Below, one piece after another: positions 59,921 through 64,000 of a DNA stretch of 64,000 nt. Numbering within the stretch: the first letter of the stretch is position 1; the number at the start of each line of letters is the position of its first letter. The position numbers and the translations under genes were made by a program. Source of the DNA: Sphyrna mokarran (lineage: Eukaryota); the NCBI GenBank assembly GCA_024679065.1, contig JAGIQG010000043.1, forward strand, positions 2,480,001 to 2,544,000, given 5' to 3'. Under the pieces are notes generated by a model, which saw only the letters and a program-made list of their open reading frames with translations, searched no databases and was not told the DNA's origin.

Positions 59921-60679
59921 ACCTTTAACAACTCTTCCCACTACTGGATGATGTCAGGAACGGACATTTACGAATCCACAATCTCTGCTGGGGACTGTCA
60001 GAATTTCATTAGGCGCGATATTAACGGAAACAACTTTGCTTAAGATTATTTCGTTGTTTGTTGAGTGTATCACATGCGTTTCACTTCACATTGAAAGTAA
60101 GATTTCAGTCTCCGTTAGCAGTGGTTCCATTCTTATTGAATCCATTTGTGATTCGCCTCTCTTTGATTAGCAACGTTTTCAATATAGCAACATCCACCTC
60201 TCAGTAAAGAGTCCGGTGCTGCAACCCCGCCCTAAACCGGTAAAACATTTCATATTAGGGAAATATATAAATACAGAAATTAGATTTGTATGAGTTTATT
60301 CATTGGACATCAAACACGTATCTGCTTTCACTGGGGATGATGATTAATAAGAAAATAATTAGAATTGAATTAAATAAGATGACTTTTCAAATTAAAACAT
60401 CCAGTCAGAAAACGGGACTGTTTGGCTTTTAAACAGGACCAATCAATCCAAGAAGACAGTTCTTCTGTATATCTGTCACTCTATGCCGTCCCATGTTGAA
60501 AGGGAAATGTTCCCAATTCCTCACAGTTCATCACTTCAAAAAAAAATGGAAACCGGTTTTCTGGCTCCCCTAGTGGTGAGAGAATTTGCTCTGTATGGGG
60601 CATTACGGAACAAAAAACTTCTTGTGGGTTAGGAGGGTCAAGCTAACTTCTTCTTGTTTTGAATAACAGCTTCTCCTAA

Positions 60680-60748
60680 TGACGCACACAAACACACAGA
60701 CACAAATTCATACACTGGCTCTTGAACTCTCTCTGTCAGTGACACACC

Positions 60749-60798
<50 letters not shown>

Positions 60799-61003
60799 TG
60801 CACACACACACATACATACACATTCTCTCTCTCACATACACACACCCATAGATAGTCACATACACTTGCACATAGACTTATACATTCACACACACACATT
60901 CATACAGACACACACAAACACACACGCACAAATATACATACACATACATACACATATGATGTCTCTCTTTCTCTCTCTCCCCTCTTTCTTTCTGTCTGTC
61001 TGC

Positions 61004-61036
<33 letters not shown>

Positions 61037-61530
61037 ACACACACCCACACACACACACACACACACAGAAACATACTGAGAAGAAAATATTAGGTTAGAG
61101 AGGCATCAGTTTCGGCATAGACTTGGTGGGCCGAACGGTTTGTTTCTGCACTGTAATATGCTTTGTCCTTTGTTCACACTCATGCACATAAATGCACTGA
61201 TACACACAAGTTCACACACACAAACACACACACACACACACACACTCACACTGTTATATACGCGTACATACACTCTCATTCACTTAAACACTCTCACATT
61301 CTGACGCACACACACACACACTCATACATTTATACACACTCATGCCCACACTTGTAGACACTTAGACAAAAAAAAACAGACATACGCTCGCACATATGCA
61401 CACAGATAAATTCATACACTTACACACACACGCACACACGCTCACATATTAAGCTGATTCACTGACACACACACACACTAACTCACTCTTTCTCATATAT
61501 AAACACACTCTTTCACACACTGACACACAC
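60680..61530. repeat. (CA)n/(CT)n microsatellite-rich tract
   Basis: Direct reading. Confidence 0.92.
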
Positions 61531-62155
61531 CCGAACGCTTACACTTAATGTCTGCGAAATGTCACATGGAATCCCTCAGTTTATTAATTGGGGCATTTAT
61601 TCTTAAATCATTCAAGTTTGGATGAGCACATATGAAACATTACTTGCATATATTTTCCACATTCCCTTCACTTCCAAACACCAAACTTCTGGAATGATAT
61701 TAGCATTTTCGGAAAATTCCTGAACATATTAGAGGAGAGTAATGCCAGTCAAAGTAGAATGTTTGGGGAAGTCGATATTCAGTTGACATTGTTCTCCTGA
61801 GAACAGAGAAACTTAGGTGGAAATATGAAAGAGATGTGCAACATCATGGAAGCGGTGTCTGAGGGAGGGAATATTTAATCGTAAAATGCCCAGCATAAGG
61901 ATATCGAGCAGCTAATATTTTAATGTGGTTTTAAGGATGAAATGGGCATTTAAATAATGTAATAATAATATTTTCAAAATGAATAGCTAATAAGCCTGCA
62001 AGTATTAAATTTTACAACTCAAGGACTGATTGCATCAGTAAGTTCGCTAAAAAAAAATGTAAACAGAATGGTAAGGAATGGGACAGCTTGATCTTGGGTT
62101 TGGATATAGCTCGGCACAACATCGAAGGACCGAAGGACTTGTACAGTGCTGTACT

Positions 62156-64000
62156 AGAACATAGAACATAGAACAATACAGCACAAGCAGGCCCTTCGGC
62201 CCACGAGTTGCGCCGATCACATCTACCAATCCACAGACCTATCTATAACCCCCTATCCTATTCTTTTCCATATACTCATCCAGAAGTCTCTTAAAAGACC
62301 CCAGTGAGTTTGCCTCAACAACCTCCGACGGCAGTCGGTTCCATTCACTCACCACCCTCTGAGTGAAAAACCTACCCCTGACATCTCCTTTGTATTTGCT
62401 TCCCTGCACCTTAAATCTGTGTCCTCTCGTAGTGACCATTTCAGCTCGGGGAAATAGTCTTTGAGAGTCCACCCTATCTATTCCTCTCAACATTTTATAA
62501 ACCTCTATCAGGTCGCCTCTCAACCTACGTCTCTCCAGTGAGAAGAGTCCCAGCTCCCTCAACCTATCTTCATAAGGCCTGCATCCCAATCCAGGCAGCA
62601 TCCTTGTAAATCTCCTCTGAACTCTCTCAATAGCCTCTACATCCTTCCTATAATGAGGCGACCAGAACTGCGCACAATACTCCAACTGGGGTCTGACAAG
62701 AGTCTTATAGAGCTGCATCATTACCTCCTGACTCCTAAACTCTATTCCTCAATTAATGAAGGCCAGTACACCGTACGCCTTCTTGACCACTTCCTCCACC
62801 TGCGAGGCCGATTTAAGAGTCCTATGGACCCGGACCCCGAGATCCTTCTGCTCTACAACACAGCTAAGACTCCTACCCCTTATATTGTACTCCTTCATCC
62901 CATTATTCCTGCCAAAATGGACCACTACACATTTATCTGCGTTGAAGTCCATCTGCCACTTCTCCGCCCAGTCTTGCATCCTGTCTATGTCCCGCTGCAA
63001 CTTTTGGCATCCCTCCAGACCATCCACAACACCACCGATCTTTGTATCATCGGCGAACTTGCTAACCCATCCCTCCACTTCCTTATCCAGGTCATTTATG
63101 AAAATGACAAAGAGCAGGGGTCCCAGAACAGATCTCTGGGGCACTCCACTGGTTACTGACCTCCATGCAGAACAAGACCCATCCACAACCACTCTGTGCC
63201 TTCTGCCGGCAAGCCAGTTCTGGATCCATGAGGCCAAAGCCCCTTGGATCCCATGCCCTCTCACCTTCTCCAGAAGCCTTGCATGTGGGACCTTATCAAA
63301 CGCCTTACTAAAGTCCATGTACACTACGTCCACCGCCCTTCCTTCGTCAATGTGTTCAGTCACATTTTCAAAGAACTCAACTAGGCTCGTAAGGCATGAC
63401 CTGCCCTTGACAAAACCATGCTGACTATTTCTAATCAGTCCAAACTTCTCCAAATGTTCATATACCTTATCCCTCAGAATCCTCTCCATCAGCTTACCAA
63501 CCATGGAAGTCAAACTCACAGGTCGGTAATTACCTGGAATATCCCTATTCCCTTTCTTAAAGATAGGAACCACATCCACAATCCTCCAATCCTCTGGAAC
63601 CCTCCCGTTTCCATGGCCAACGCAAAGATCATCGCCAGGGACTCTGCAACCACTTCCCTCACCTCCCACAATAACCTGGGGTACATCCCATCCGGTCCCG
63701 GCGACTTGTCTATCTTGATATAATTTAACAGATCTAACACATCCTCTTTCCTAACATCAACATACTCAATCTTTTCCGTATGCCTCAAACCTGCAGTGCA
63801 ATCTCCCAGTTCACTTTCCACCGTGAATACCGAGGCAAAGTACTTGTTAAGCACCTCTGCCATTTCTTCCGGATTCACACAGACTTTTCCCCCTTCACCT
63901 TTTATAGGCCCATCCCTTCTCTTATCCTTTTACTTTTCACATATTTGTAGAAGGCCTTGGGATTCTCCTTAATCTTACCTGCCAAGGTATTCTCATGACC
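62156..64000 (-). mobile_element. CR1 ORF2 (RT) with frameshifts, running off the window end
   Basis: Motifs NYRPVSLTS, DFSKAFD, GVPQ, FADD, plus C-terminal motifs and a (CATAGAA)n tail. Confidence 0.95.

Noticed and set aside
59327-61357. His/Thr- and Cys/Val-rich ORFs (also 1737..2154 and 40703..41140)
   Set aside because: They are translations of (CA)n/(TG)n microsatellites.
62653-63723. Long + strand ORFs antisense to CR1 ORF2 (also within 25240..27436)
   Set aside because: They are shadow frames of the RT coding strand with no independent protein features.

Overview
Vertebrate genomic DNA, almost certainly a cartilaginous fish (shark). The repeat content fits this: HE1/V-SINE-type SINEs, CR1 (HER1-like) LINEs, Rex1/Babar, RTE and Penelope-like fragments, and microsatellites. 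The non-repeat content is a small same-strand cluster of immunoglobulin-superfamily genes built like antigen-receptor chains but not rearranging. I assembled two by hand from GT-AG splice sites with consistent phases. Gene A spans 337..9336 (8 exons, 341 aa) and gene B spans 39121..45207 (6 exons, about 339 aa). Both run leader - V domain with germline-joined J motif (no RSS) - C1-set domain - Cys-containing stalk plus uncharged TM - Tyr-containing cytoplasmic tail. Between them lies a decayed third leader+V unit (about 15911..16350) broken by a Rex1 insertion. The window also has a near-intact full-length CR1 (intact 968-aa ORF2) with a V-SINE-like core at both ends, an RTE insert with a 12-bp TSD and apparently inverted 5' part, and an unexplained decayed minus-strand exon at 31504..32200. 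Gene models are manual predictions without transcript support, and repeat boundaries are approximate.
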